A stretch of DNA of 64,000 nucleotides. It comes from a virus. Lineage: Duplodnaviria > Caudoviricetes. How positions within the stretch are numbered: position 1 is the first letter of the stretch; the number at the start of each line of letters is the position of its first letter. Below the pieces are notes generated by a model. That model was not told the DNA's origin, made no database searches, and saw nothing but the letters and a program-made list of their open reading frames with translations. A program made the position numbers and the translations under genes. The stretch lies in IMG/VR virus record IMGVR_UViG_3300021197_001180, positions 768 through 64,767 of that record. One strand, given 5' to 3'. Shown here one piece after another: positions 1-8,701 of this stretch.

Positions 1-27
1 GAGAGCCATACACCGCACAAAGATCAC

Positions 28-993
28 CTATTTCCATCCTAAGAACCTCTTATAAATTTTAAATTCTGAAGTCAACTGTAACACCCAACCTATTAATGCT
101 GACTCATAGATTGGAGACTGTAATGTCTTACGATTTACACTACCCATACCACCTTCATCTTGAAACCTTTGAGTCTCAGCAACAGGAAGGAGACTATGGA
201 ATCTGTTCATTAAATACAGAGGTAGTGAAGCAGTTGGTTGCTTCCCTAAGTTAGGGTTAGTATTACCATTGAATGAGTTCAAGATGTTCTGAGTATAGTA
301 ACCTGAAGTCTCGTAGCGTTCTTCATTACGATCTTTACGTTTCATTTCAAACTCACCTTCAATGAAGCTATAGATAAGGCCTGGATCTACCTTATTCAAA
401 CGCATAACTTCATCGTCACCCATACCAATCTTACCTGAACCACCGTTAGCTTTAGGTAATCTTGAATTACCTTGAGTCTGTAGGGTTAACTTACCTTGGC
501 TATCCACTTTAAAATCTCTGTTCATGTTACTAAACATAGCATAATAAACCAACAAAGCAATTGCAGGGTTAGCACCAAGTTGTACACACTGATTCCAGAA
601 AGGTAACAGATCATTCTTACGGTGTCTAATCATTCTAACAGCACTTGCAGCTCCAATAACACAATGGCCTGGAATATCACAACGAATGTTAATCCTAGTT
701 TCACTTGTTAAAGTTTCCAAGTTGTTGTTATCTTGCATGTACTTAGCCCAGCTAGACTGTTCAACTACCCACTTAAGCATAGGTAAAGGATCATTCAAAC
801 CAACCTTAGAACCACCAGTCATTGTCTCACCGAAGTGAAACTGGAAGTTTGTAATCTTGTTAGTATCCCTTATGTTACCCAAGCTCCCAAAGTTACTTGC
901 AATACGTCCTCTTGAACGACCACAGAACCCAAAGCAACCACCGCTATTAGTAGCTGTTTGTCCTTGTGTATTAGTTAATGTTACTCTTGGCAT
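28..993 (-). CDS. Hypothetical protein (early/middle), 321 aa
   Basis: Long ORF with GAGGT SD upstream; no recognised motif. Confidence 0.75.
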   Translation of the reverse strand: MPRVTLTNTQGQTATNSGGCFGFCGRSRGRIASNFGSLGNIRDTNKITNFQFHFGETMTGGSKVGLNDPLPMLKWVVEQSSWAKYMQDNNNLETLTSETRINIRCDIPGHCVIGAASAVRMIRHRKNDLLPFWNQCVQLGANPAIALLVYYAMFSNMNRDFKVDSQGKLTLQTQGNSRLPKANGGSGKIGMGDDEVMRLNKVDPGLIYSFIEGEFEMKRKDRNEERYETSGYYTQNILNSFNGNTNPNLGKQPTASLPLYLMNRFHSLLPVAETQRFQDEGGMGSVNRKTLQSPIYESALIGWVLQLTSEFKIYKRFLGWK

Positions 994-994
994 C

Positions 995-1231
995 TTAAAC
1001 CTCTGTAATGAATTGATTAAAGTTATTAAACATAGACTGAGGTAACACTAATAAACCCTTAGTCTTCTTCTGGATAGCATAGTAAGTGTTACCTAAAGTA
1101 CACTGAACTTGTAGTGCTATTATAGTTTCACCTTTAGCTACATCTACTGCTTGATTCTTAAGGTTCTTTAAGTTTCTAGCATGCTTTACGATTACTCTTG
1201 ATTGTCTTATGATACTAAACATAATTAACAC
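995..1231 (-). CDS. Hypothetical protein
   Basis: ORF in tightly packed minus-strand operon. Confidence 0.6.
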   Translation of the reverse strand: MLIMFSIIRQSRVIVKHARNLKNLKNQAVDVAKGETIIALQVQCTLGNTYYAIQKKTKGLLVLPQSMFNNFNQFITEV

Positions 1232-1479
1232 CCATTAAGATGTACGGCATTTCTGTATAACTCATTGCCATTGTTGAACATAACCTTGTTAGCAGAAATA
1301 TACTTAACAGGCCACTGAATATCTGGTCGAGCTTTAGGGCCACCTACACATTTAATTGGCCTTACGAAATGATCTTCTACTATTACTCTAGGTGTAAACA
1401 TCATAGTATTTAAAGATAATACTATAAATCCTATGAAACCTGCGAATAATACTTGTTGTATGTACTGTTTATTTAACAT
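1225..1479 (-). CDS. Hypothetical membrane-anchored protein
   Basis: N-terminal hydrophobic segment; GGAG SD. Confidence 0.65.
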   Translation of the reverse strand: MLNKQYIQQVLFAGFIGFIVLSLNTMMFTPRVIVEDHFVRPIKCVGGPKARPDIQWPVKYISANKVMFNNGNELYRNAVHLNGC

Positions 1480-1542
1480 GTCTTATCTCCAATAGTTATC
1501 ATAATAGACCCTCAGAATTCTAAAGGCCTACAAGTTAACTAC

Positions 1543-1782
1543 TTATATGCAGTCTTTAAGATCTTCAACCCAGACGTTTCCATCAGCTACACATTGCTCC
1601 ATAGGAGTCAACTTAGCATCTTCAGGAGTTATCAAGGCTGGAGGTTCTTCAGGGACTTTGGGTTCTTCAGGGTCTGAGCTTAACACTTTATACAGGATAA
1701 AGAGTAGGAACAATAAGACCCCAAAGCCTTCAAGCATCCAAGCTAATAAACAGAAAGCTAGGAAGTATAAGAATATATCCAT
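1543..1782 (-). CDS. Hypothetical membrane protein
   Basis: Hydrophobic N-half, Pro/Glu-rich linker; AAGGA SD. Confidence 0.65.
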   Translation of the reverse strand: MDIFLYFLAFCLLAWMLEGFGVLLFLLFILYKVLSSDPEEPKVPEEPPALITPEDAKLTPMEQCVADGNVWVEDLKDCI

Positions 1783-1793
1783 TGATCTATCCT

Positions 1794-3062
1794 TTATTTA
1801 GTTGTGTTACCCATTTCTTTAACAGACTTAAGTACTTGAAGTTGCAATAATTTCTGCATTTCATTACTACCATCTTTAGAATCACCAGCACCACCAACGA
1901 TCATTGTAGCAGGAACATTCATCCTCCCAATTGCATCAGCAATCTGACCATTCATTTCAACGTCAGCCTCAATCTGCTTAAACAACTTACCCGCTGATTG
2001 CATTGTATCTAACTTATATGCTTCAGCTTTAGCTAACGTAGTAATTACTTTAGCTTCTTCAATGGCTGCAAGAGCTTCAGCTTCTTTCTGCTTAAAGCGT
2101 TCTTCAGCAGCGATAGTTAGTTCTTTAGCTTCATCAGCACGTTTCTTAGCATTGATAACTACTAATTCAGCATCACGCTTAGCATTTGCAATTGCAGGAG
2201 CATTCTGAATCTCAGTAGCAGCCTGTGCTTTAATACGTTTAGTTTCACCAGTAGCTTTCTCACGTTCACCTTCCCAGAAAGCAGCCTTAGCATTAGCTTG
2301 TGCTGTTTCACCCCGGTTAGTAGCATCACGACGATCGGCAATTTGAGTCATTGTCTTAGGCTCAAAGTCATAACCAGTAACAGTTACTTGAACGTCAGTC
2401 ATATCCCATTTAGCAAAAGGGTTAGTTTGATATAACTTAGAACCATCTTTAGCTAACTTAATAACCGAGAAGCCCATAGTTTGTGTATCAGGTGTACCAT
2501 CTTTATTAACACCAACTGTAATTTCACGTTCTTCAACCATTGTAACATAAGGACCATTCTTTAATTGATCCTGTAAGGCAGCGGCAATTTGTGAACGTTT
2601 AGTTTGGTAAGCTTCTGTTGAAGTGAATAACTCAGCAGTTGTAGTAAACAAAGCACGGAAATTAGGGTCAAGTAACTTAGCACGGACTCCAGTTTCACTA
2701 CGATACTTGTTGTGTAACTTAACAAATGTATCACCGTGAGGCAAAACAGAGTCTAACTGAGCACAGATAGAACCTTTACCACCATCACCATATTGTACGA
2801 TGAAACCATCATTTTGTTCGTAGTCACAAGCACGGCCTGTTGGTGTCTTGATTGTACGTAAAGAGTTCATGTAAGGTTCTTTTGTACCGTTACCATACCA
2901 AAATGGACCACCTTTGGTTACTGTCTTCTGATCACCAAAGAATGTTTGTACGAAATGTCGTTGACCTGCTTCATTATGTCCCATCATAGAACCATAACCC
3001 ACTAAACCACCAACAACCGTAACTGCTACTAAAGCTAAACCTGCGATTAAACCTTTATTCAT
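1794..3062 (-). CDS. SPFH/band-7 (prohibitin/flotillin-like) membrane protein
   Basis: N-terminal TM helix, SPFH-like core, long Ala/Glu/Lys coiled coil, C-terminal VP-x-x-x-x-GG tail. Confidence 0.75.
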   Translation of the reverse strand: MNKGLIAGLALVAVTVVGGLVGYGSMMGHNEAGQRHFVQTFFGDQKTVTKGGPFWYGNGTKEPYMNSLRTIKTPTGRACDYEQNDGFIVQYGDGGKGSICAQLDSVLPHGDTFVKLHNKYRSETGVRAKLLDPNFRALFTTTAELFTSTEAYQTKRSQIAAALQDQLKNGPYVTMVEEREITVGVNKDGTPDTQTMGFSVIKLAKDGSKLYQTNPFAKWDMTDVQVTVTGYDFEPKTMTQIADRRDATNRGETAQANAKAAFWEGEREKATGETKRIKAQAATEIQNAPAIANAKRDAELVVINAKKRADEAKELTIAAEERFKQKEAEALAAIEEAKVITTLAKAEAYKLDTMQSAGKLFKQIEADVEMNGQIADAIGRMNVPATMIVGGAGDSKDGSNEMQKLLQLQVLKSVKEMGNTTK

Positions 3063-3252
3063 TGTCTTCTCCGTTAATTTTCGACGCTAATTCGTCATTA
3101 CTTTCATTAAGTTCTTTAAGCTCTTTCTGAGCCTTAAGATCCTTAGTTTCTTCCTGTGCCTTACCAATACCTTTAGTACGGTTGAAGTGCTTAAAAGCCA
3201 ACCACCATACTATCGCTATCACTAATAACACCAGAGTTACTACTATATGCAT
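3055..3252 (-). CDS. Small TM plus coiled-coil protein, partner of SPFH gene
   Basis: Single TM helix then charged helix; overlaps SPFH start. Confidence 0.7.
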   Translation of the reverse strand: MHIVVTLVLLVIAIVWWLAFKHFNRTKGIGKAQEETKDLKAQKELKELNESNDELASKINGEDNE

Positions 3253-3437
3253 TAAAGTCTCCCTATTTGCATGATTGATAAACCTAAGAAGATCCCAAAG
3301 CTAATAACACTAGCCATGAAGATCCAAAAGTTCTTTGAGCCTACAGGATGATGTTCACGTCCTGCCTTATCAAAGCATTCCATAGCTACTACTAAACTTA
3401 ATAGTGCCATTACTACGAATAATATTACATTAGTCAT
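3252..3437 (-). CDS. Small two-TM membrane protein (start revised to MTNVILF)
   Basis: GGAG SD before ATG 3437; two hydrophobic segments. Confidence 0.6.
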   Translation of the reverse strand: MTNVILFVVMALLSLVVAMECFDKAGREHHPVGSKNFWIFMASVISFGIFLGLSIMQIGRL

Positions 3438-3675
3438 CTTTCTTCTCCCAGTTCTTACCAGCAACACCACATCTAGTTTTGTCGCTGAATAGTTTAAAGA
3501 ATCCAATACCCTTAGAATCCTGTCTTTCATCAAAACACAGAGTAATGCGGTCTGTAATCCATTCAGTATGTCCCTTCCATTTATTATAAGTTGAGGGACT
3601 CTTAAGATTACATATCTCATTGTCAGATACTAGTGTTCTAAAGTGCCTACAGTCCTTACAGCTTTTAGTTTCCAT
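3430..3675 (-). CDS. Small Cys-rich protein (CKDC...C...C...C)
   Basis: ORF with SD; Cys spacing suggests metal binding. Confidence 0.6.
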   Translation of the reverse strand: METKSCKDCRHFRTLVSDNEICNLKSPSTYNKWKGHTEWITDRITLCFDERQDSKGIGFFKLFSDKTRCGVAGKNWEKKDD

Positions 3676-3868
3676 CTTCTAGGCCCTTTATAATTTCTCT
3701 GGCGTTTAAAGCACAGATAGGAATAACTGAAAATAGTAATATCATCAGAAGGGAAGTACCTAGTAGACTATTCTCCGATGTAAACGTATAGAATAATACA
3801 AAATGAAAAGCTACAATAAACCAAATAGTGGTGTATATAGCTAATGCTTTATAGAATAATGATTTCAC
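3665..3868 (-). CDS. Small two-TM membrane protein
   Basis: Hydrophobic segments; GTG start with GGGG SD. Confidence 0.6.
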   Translation of the reverse strand: MKSLFYKALAIYTTIWFIVAFHFVLFYTFTSENSLLGTSLLMILLFSVIPICALNAREIIKGLEDGN

Positions 3869-4040
3869 TTTAGCCCCCTAAAGAATGCTTTGTTAAAGTT
3901 TATGTTACCAAATTCTTTAACCTTCAAAGTACCTTTCTGTCTGTCACACTCAGTGAGTTCACATACTTGGTTCTTGGTCGCTAAGACTAAAGGTTCTCCT
4001 AATTTGATAGTTGATTCATCATTTAAGATTATTGATTTAC

Positions 4041-4244
4041 TCATAATAACTCCCCTAATATAAGTTCTTTAAGTCCCTCAGGAATCTCTAGGAACTTAAG
4101 TCCGTGAGAACCATTAGGAACCGCTAAGCTTAATTCTTGAGTACTGTTGCATCTTAACACCAAAAGACCGTCAAGGCCTTTAAGTATTACTCTAGAAGAG
4201 ATACCGTGGTAGAAATGAACATCATCACCTACTATGTAATCCAT
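4041..4244 (-). CDS. Hypothetical protein
   Basis: AGGAG SD; ATGA overlap with next small ORF. Confidence 0.65.
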   Translation of the reverse strand: MDYIVGDDVHFYHGISSRVILKGLDGLLVLRCNSTQELSLAVPNGSHGLKFLEIPEGLKELILGELL

Positions 4245-4267
4245 ATTGATCTCTCCTATTATTGAAT

Positions 4268-4335
4268 GCCCTAAAGACCCCTAACAAGCGAGGTCACGCT
4301 CGGAGTCCTCACGGTTTCTCCAAGGTCTTTAGGGC
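4268..4335 (-). ncRNA. Putative structured small RNA, copy A (stem-bracketed, GUGA tetraloop)
   Basis: Outer stem GCCCUAAAGACC/GGUCUUUAGGGC; inner GGAG-AAA-CC-GUGA-GG-A-CUCC shared with copy at 7029-7098. Confidence 0.55.
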
Positions 4336-4541
4336 TGAAAGGTTGCTCCGCACTGGGCTACCTTATAACAGTATCTGTCGTGTAAGGTTATAAGTTTACC
4401 AGTTTAGCTAATCTTGTAAGTATCTTTCACTACTTTGTTACTTTCTCGGGAGCTACCCGATACTTTGTTACTTTCGGTACTTGAGGGACTACATTTCACT
4501 ATTTACAGAGCTTTCTAACTGCATTAGCAGTCAAAAGAATG

Positions 4542-4606
4542 CCCTAAAGACCCTACAGTATTACCTCTATCTCTTAAAAGGAGGCGGATCTGTAAGGTCT
4601 TTAGGG
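4542..4606 (-). ncRNA. Putative structured small RNA, copy C (same outer stem, different cargo)
   Basis: CCCUAAAGACC...GGUCUUUAGGG outer stem identical to copy A. Confidence 0.45.
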
Positions 4607-4613
4607 ACTAAAG

Positions 4614-4680
4614 TGGCCGTAGGGGCTGGAGTTCCCAGCATTGAAGGTGCGACCGACCGGTTTATTTAACCTACCCTACG
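4614..4680 (-). ncRNA. tRNA-like element ending in CCA
   Basis: CGUAGGG/CCCUACG acceptor stem plus G-CCA, GGUU/AACC D-like stem, GCUGG/CCAGC T-like stem; atypical loops. Confidence 0.6.
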
Positions 4681-4686
4681 ATAAAC

Positions 4687-4763
4687 TGGCACTCGGTAGT
4701 GGATTCGAACCACTGACTTTCTCCTTAGGAGGGAGACACTCTATCCAACTGAGTTAACCGAGC
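4687..4763 (-). tRNA. tRNA-Arg (anticodon CCT)
   Basis: Canonical cloverleaf: GCTCGGT acceptor, TCTCC-CT CCT AA-GGAGA anticodon arm, GGTTCGAATCC T-loop, encoded CCA. Confidence 0.93.
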
Positions 4764-5263
4764 AAATTTAATCGACTAAAAGCCTCTGAAAGAACCTCTT
4801 GGAGATCTCTAGGCTTAAAGTCTGTCTTGTCAACGCACAAATTGACATACCGATTGTCTGGTACGTCATAAGTGTGTAAATGACCATGAATATTTAATCT
4901 TCTACCTCTAAATTCCTGTGGATGTATAGGACAATGGGTAAACCAACATCCTTTCTTTGACCACATTGAGTGAATTGAGTCATAGCAGTCCACTATTTGC
5001 TGAAAAGGAACCTGTCTATCAGTCTCATGATTACCCATTATCAGTGTCTTCTTAAGACATTTGATAGAATTTACTCTCTCCTGCCAGAATGGAGTGAAAG
5101 CTACGTCACCTAGAAGCAACAAATGGTCTCTCTTGGAGACTGAAGAGGCTAAATTATCAAATATAACCTCGTTGTGTTCCTCAACTGACGTAAAACCCTC
5201 TCGGAACTTGAGGATATTAGCATGACCTAGATGTAAATCACTTGAAATCATGATTTTAGACAT
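4754..5263 (-). CDS. Calcineurin-like metallophosphoesterase
   Basis: SDLHLGH, LLGD, MGNHE, HGHLH motifs. Confidence 0.9.
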   Translation of the reverse strand: MSKIMISSDLHLGHANILKFREGFTSVEEHNEVIFDNLASSVSKRDHLLLLGDVAFTPFWQERVNSIKCLKKTLIMGNHETDRQVPFQQIVDCYDSIHSMWSKKGCWFTHCPIHPQEFRGRRLNIHGHLHTYDVPDNRYVNLCVDKTDFKPRDLQEVLSEAFSRLNLLG

Positions 5264-5539
5264 GTTATTCTCCTTAAATAATTACTAACTTAAAGCCCTT
5301 GAGCCTTAAGGTACTAATTACTCTTAAAATATACAAATTAAAATCATAACCATAAAGAGAACAATAAAGCTTCCTACTTCATTACCTCCTCCGCCATTCC
5401 TTCCGCCGCTATTCATATTAACCTCCGTAAATAAACAATTTAATGGTATCTTGTACTATCCAACCTACTAAACTCAAAGTAGTTGCAGCTAAGAGATAGT
5501 AGATAGTTAATGCAAAGTATACTTCAAACTTGTACCAAC

Positions 5540-5794
5540 TCATTTACCGTACTCTCCACCCTTAGAGAAATTACTAGAAGGTAGGTAGTACTTATCAGCA
5601 CCTGCTATAATCCCTAAGAACAAGTCACCTGATTGTCCTCCCTGTCTTATCTCAAAGATAGGGTAACGACCAGCTTGGATGTTCTTGTTACCTACAAACT
5701 CCGCAGAACCTAAAGGATTACAACATGAACCATCTTCAAGGCTTATGAGTCTTAAAGAACTTGCAGGATGAGGTGATAAATCAGTTAATTTCAT
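5540..5794 (-). CDS. Hypothetical protein (start revised to MKLTDL)
   Basis: GGAG SD before ATG. Confidence 0.55.
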   Translation of the reverse strand: MKLTDLSPHPASSLRLISLEDGSCCNPLGSAEFVGNKNIQAGRYPIFEIRQGGQSGDLFLGIIAGADKYYLPSSNFSKGGEYGK

Positions 5795-6002
5795 TCTGTT
5801 TCTCCATACAGTGCCCAGTAAATAACTGCTTAGCATACAGTGGATCTACCATATGTAAGTCACCATTAACAGGATACTTACTATAATAGCAATCCCACAT
5901 AATCATTGGGGATGGTAGATATCTTAAGATAATAGGATTGTCTCCATTATCTATTATTAATTTCTTTAACATAGTCGATTTCCTTGTTTTAAAGTTAATC
6001 AT
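5781..6002 (-). CDS. Hypothetical protein (true start probably MLKKL)
   Basis: AAGGA...GACTATG initiation signal as in other early genes. Confidence 0.55.
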   Translation of the reverse strand: MINFKTRKSTMLKKLIIDNGDNPIILRYLPSPMIMWDCYYSKYPVNGDLHMVDPLYAKQLFTGHCMEKQNEIN

Positions 6003-6038
6003 AATAGCCCCTAGAACCTAAGGGCTACAAGTTTAACT

Positions 6039-6641
6039 CTAATCTTCACTCTTGTGAGCTACATCAGCAGATTGCTCTGTATGCTCTTTGAACTTAGTAA
6101 CCATTTCAGTAGCTTTCTTCTGAACTCTACGTAATAGTCTTAAAGCAAACATAAAGCCAACACAACTAATTATATAGATGGTAGGCCACATGAAGTAATT
6201 AAAGAGTATAGATGCAAAGACAAAGATACCTATTATCACTATTAAGTGTAAGATATAAACACCAATACCTGATTTACCATTAAGTTCATCCGCCCATTTC
6301 TGAGCTGGAGCCATATAACTAAATCTAGTATCACGGTCAGTCATAGTCTGTGTATTAGAACCACTCTTATAATGATATTTCTTACCATTAGTCACATGAT
6401 AACCACAAGACTTCTTGGTTACTTTCCATTCACATTTCGATGGAATGAACGAAGTAGCTTTCTTAATGAACCAATCGCCATACTCACTTTCTGTTTCGTC
6501 AATGAAGGACCAAATATAACTACCAATAATATTAATAATGGGAGCAAGACTACCGACACTAAATATAACAAAAGCAATACACAGACTAATTGACGCAAAA
6601 ATGTTAGTTTCAAGAATGAAGTTGATAAATTGTTCAAACAT
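6039..6641 (-). CDS. Multi-pass membrane protein
   Basis: GGAGG SD before ATG 6641; three hydrophobic segments. Confidence 0.7.
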   Translation of the reverse strand: MFEQFINFILETNIFASISLCIAFVIFSVGSLAPIINIIGSYIWSFIDETESEYGDWFIKKATSFIPSKCEWKVTKKSCGYHVTNGKKYHYKSGSNTQTMTDRDTRFSYMAPAQKWADELNGKSGIGVYILHLIVIIGIFVFASILFNYFMWPTIYIISCVGFMFALRLLRRVQKKATEMVTKFKEHTEQSADVAHKSED

Positions 6642-6712
6642 AGTTCCTCCAGTTATAATAAACAACCACAAAACCCCCTAGATCTTTAAGACCTAAGGGG
6701 CTTTAGGGTTAC

Positions 6713-6958
6713 TTATTGACTGGCGATACACTCTCTGTATAGTTTCTTACCTAACTGATGCTCCATAAGTACCATTGAGATACCTAAAGTAGCATTAGCT
6801 GGTTGTTGATCTCTGAAGTGCTTAGAGGCCTCATGCTTAGCCTCCTTAACACATTTATAATGGTAAGGTGATTGCTTAGCTTGTTGGTTAAAATGGCTCT
6901 GAGGAGCTACACAGCCCATTAGAGACACTGTCAACACTGAAGTTAGTAACAGTTTCAT
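6713..6958 (-). CDS. Putative lipoprotein
   Basis: MKLLLTSVLTVSLMG-C signal with lipobox-like LMGC. Confidence 0.7.
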   Translation of the reverse strand: MKLLLTSVLTVSLMGCVAPQSHFNQQAKQSPYHYKCVKEAKHEASKHFRDQQPANATLGISMVLMEHQLGKKLYRECIASQ

Positions 6959-7028
6959 AGTTGTATCCATTTATTAGTTTAATTATGGTAGAATATCCTC
7001 ATTGAAGACACTCTATGATAATTAAAAG

Positions 7029-7098
7029 ACTCCTAAAGACCTTCTCATAGGTATTACAACCTCAGAGTCCTCACGGTTTCTCTAAGGTCTTTAGGAGT
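7029..7098 (-). ncRNA. Putative structured small RNA, copy B
   Basis: 15-bp outer stem; inner AGAG-AAA-CC-GUGA-GG-A-CUCU covaries with copy A. Confidence 0.55.
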
Positions 7099-7314
7099 TC
7101 AAGGGCACAGATTAACCACTGCGCTGCTGGGACTATGTGACTAGTAAGATTATTGCTACTACATTAACTATAACAATACTTACTAAACCATTCCTAATTT
7201 CCTGTCGAGCTTTAATATTAGAGGTACTTTTCAGTTTATCAACTAAGAGTACAGCACTAACAGCACTAAATAACAGGAATAATGAATAAATAAACATAAT
7301 CTTTCCTTAATCTC

Positions 7315-7343
7315 TTGACATTTGGTTAAAAGTATGATATAAT
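7315..7343 (+). promoter_or_regulatory. Consensus sigma70 promoter antisense to early genes
   Basis: TTGACA-17-TATAAT with extended -10 TG. Confidence 0.8.
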
Positions 7344-7522
7344 ATATAGGTACTTTAGGTTAACAGGAGAAGGAAACAACAACTTAGTTCTTTTCTCTTA
7401 GAACTAAAGGTTCTTAAAGAATAGTTCTTCGTTGTTTATACTTCACTTCGTTTGTATCAACTCAGTAGTTCAATATCTATCATAAATAACCCTAAAAACT
7501 TTAAGTCCTTAAGGTTATCAAG

Positions 7523-7900
7523 TTAAATACTGTTGATGTTCTTTATCTGGTTCTCTAGTTCTGCTAGAGCTTTAGGTCTACGTCTTATAGCCCCACCTTC
7601 TATAGCATTAACTAACATATCAAGCCTGTAATTCTTAATATGCTCTGCATCTACCCACCCTGTACGCTCTTGAAACTGAAAGTTATCTCTACCATGTACA
7701 ATATCTGTAATCATACCTGTTAATGTACAACCTTCCTGTTTATTCTCTTTGTCTGCTTCTTCTATCTTCCTTGAAACTTCCATCCAGTGCTTACCAAACC
7801 AGAATACCATCTTATTAGTATTTACTTCTAATTCTCTAGCCGCTGTAAGATAATCCCATTTATTCAGGAGCATAGCTTCTACATAATCTTTTGGTTTCAT
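7523..7900 (-). CDS. Hypothetical protein, possible N-terminal HTH
   Basis: YLTAARELEVNTNKMVFW resembles an HTH. Confidence 0.65.
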   Translation of the reverse strand: MKPKDYVEAMLLNKWDYLTAARELEVNTNKMVFWFGKHWMEVSRKIEEADKENKQEGCTLTGMITDIVHGRDNFQFQERTGWVDAEHIKNYRLDMLVNAIEGGAIRRRPKALAELENQIKNINSI

Positions 7901-7919
7901 AGTCGTTATCCATTTTGTT

Positions 7920-7985
7920 ATTTAAAGTAAATCACAAAGCCCCCTTAGCTCTTAAAGAACCAAAGGGGCTTTAGGGTTACTTTAT
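7920..7985 (-). promoter_or_regulatory. RNase III-type processing stem; family members near 1495-1545, 5995-6040, 6660-6714, 6980-7025, 7475-7525, 8235-8295, 8640-8700, 9343-9393
   Basis: Long stems with internal loops between early genes, e.g. AAAGUAA-CCCU-AAAGCCCC...GGGGCUUU-GUGAU-UUACUUU; analogous to T7 early mRNA processing sites. Confidence 0.6.
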
Positions 7986-8215
7986 CCTTCCACAAACTGC
8001 AAAGCTAGGTTATAACATTTAACATAACCTCTCTTTTCAGCCTCTAATACTTTAAGTCTATTCCAAAAGCCAGTTGTAACATTATTATTATCTTTAGCTT
8101 TCGCCTTGATATACCGCTGTTTAGCTAAACTAATCTCTATATCCATTCTGTTAATATTAGCCGTACAATGACTAGTTAACGAAGGTTTAGTTGATGCTCC
8201 AAGTATCTTTTCCAT
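7982..8215 (-). CDS. Hypothetical early protein
   Basis: AAGGTATACAACTATG initiation signal. Confidence 0.65.
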   Translation of the reverse strand: MEKILGASTKPSLTSHCTANINRMDIEISLAKQRYIKAKAKDNNNVTTGFWNRLKVLEAEKRGYVKCYNLALQFVEG

Positions 8216-8447
8216 AGTTGTATACCTTTATTATTTTAAAGTAAATCACAAAGACCTCTAGTCTATTAGAACTAAAGGGCTTTAGGGTTACTTTAATAAC
8301 CATTCATTCTATAAAACAAATATAGATCCTGTCTCTTAGGGTTTTGCCACCCCTCACCTAAAGACTTAAAGTAATCCATAGTATTCTGAACGAATTCAGG
8401 TGCAGTTTTAGATTCTCTAGCTATCTTATGATATATTTCTCTCATAA

Positions 8448-8606
8448 TTAACCTCTAAGAGTCTCTGTAAACGCCTTACGAGCCTTTGTAGCCTTCCAAT
8501 GGACAGTTACGTCCTTTGTTGGTACTAACGTCGCTACAGAGCCTACATGTGCTTTAATTGGAGACACTTTAAGAGCGTGGTTTTGTGGTCTTTTGTATGT
8601 TTGCAT
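8448..8606 (-). CDS. Small basic early protein (start revised to MQTYK)
   Basis: AAGGTATAAGACTATG initiation signal. Confidence 0.55.
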   Translation of the reverse strand: MQTYKRPQNHALKVSPIKAHVGSVATLVPTKDVTVHWKATKARKAFTETLRG

Positions 8607-8701
8607 AGTCTTATACCTTGTTATATTAAAGATAGTCTTAATTGCTATCATAAATAATCCTTAAGCCCCTAAAGACCTAAAGATTATCAAGTTAACAACT
8701 A

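Noticed and set aside
4268-4335. Hammerhead or other known self-cleaving ribozyme
   Set aside because: GAAAC is present but there is no CUGANGA core; no twister, pistol or HDV consensus could be fitted by eye.
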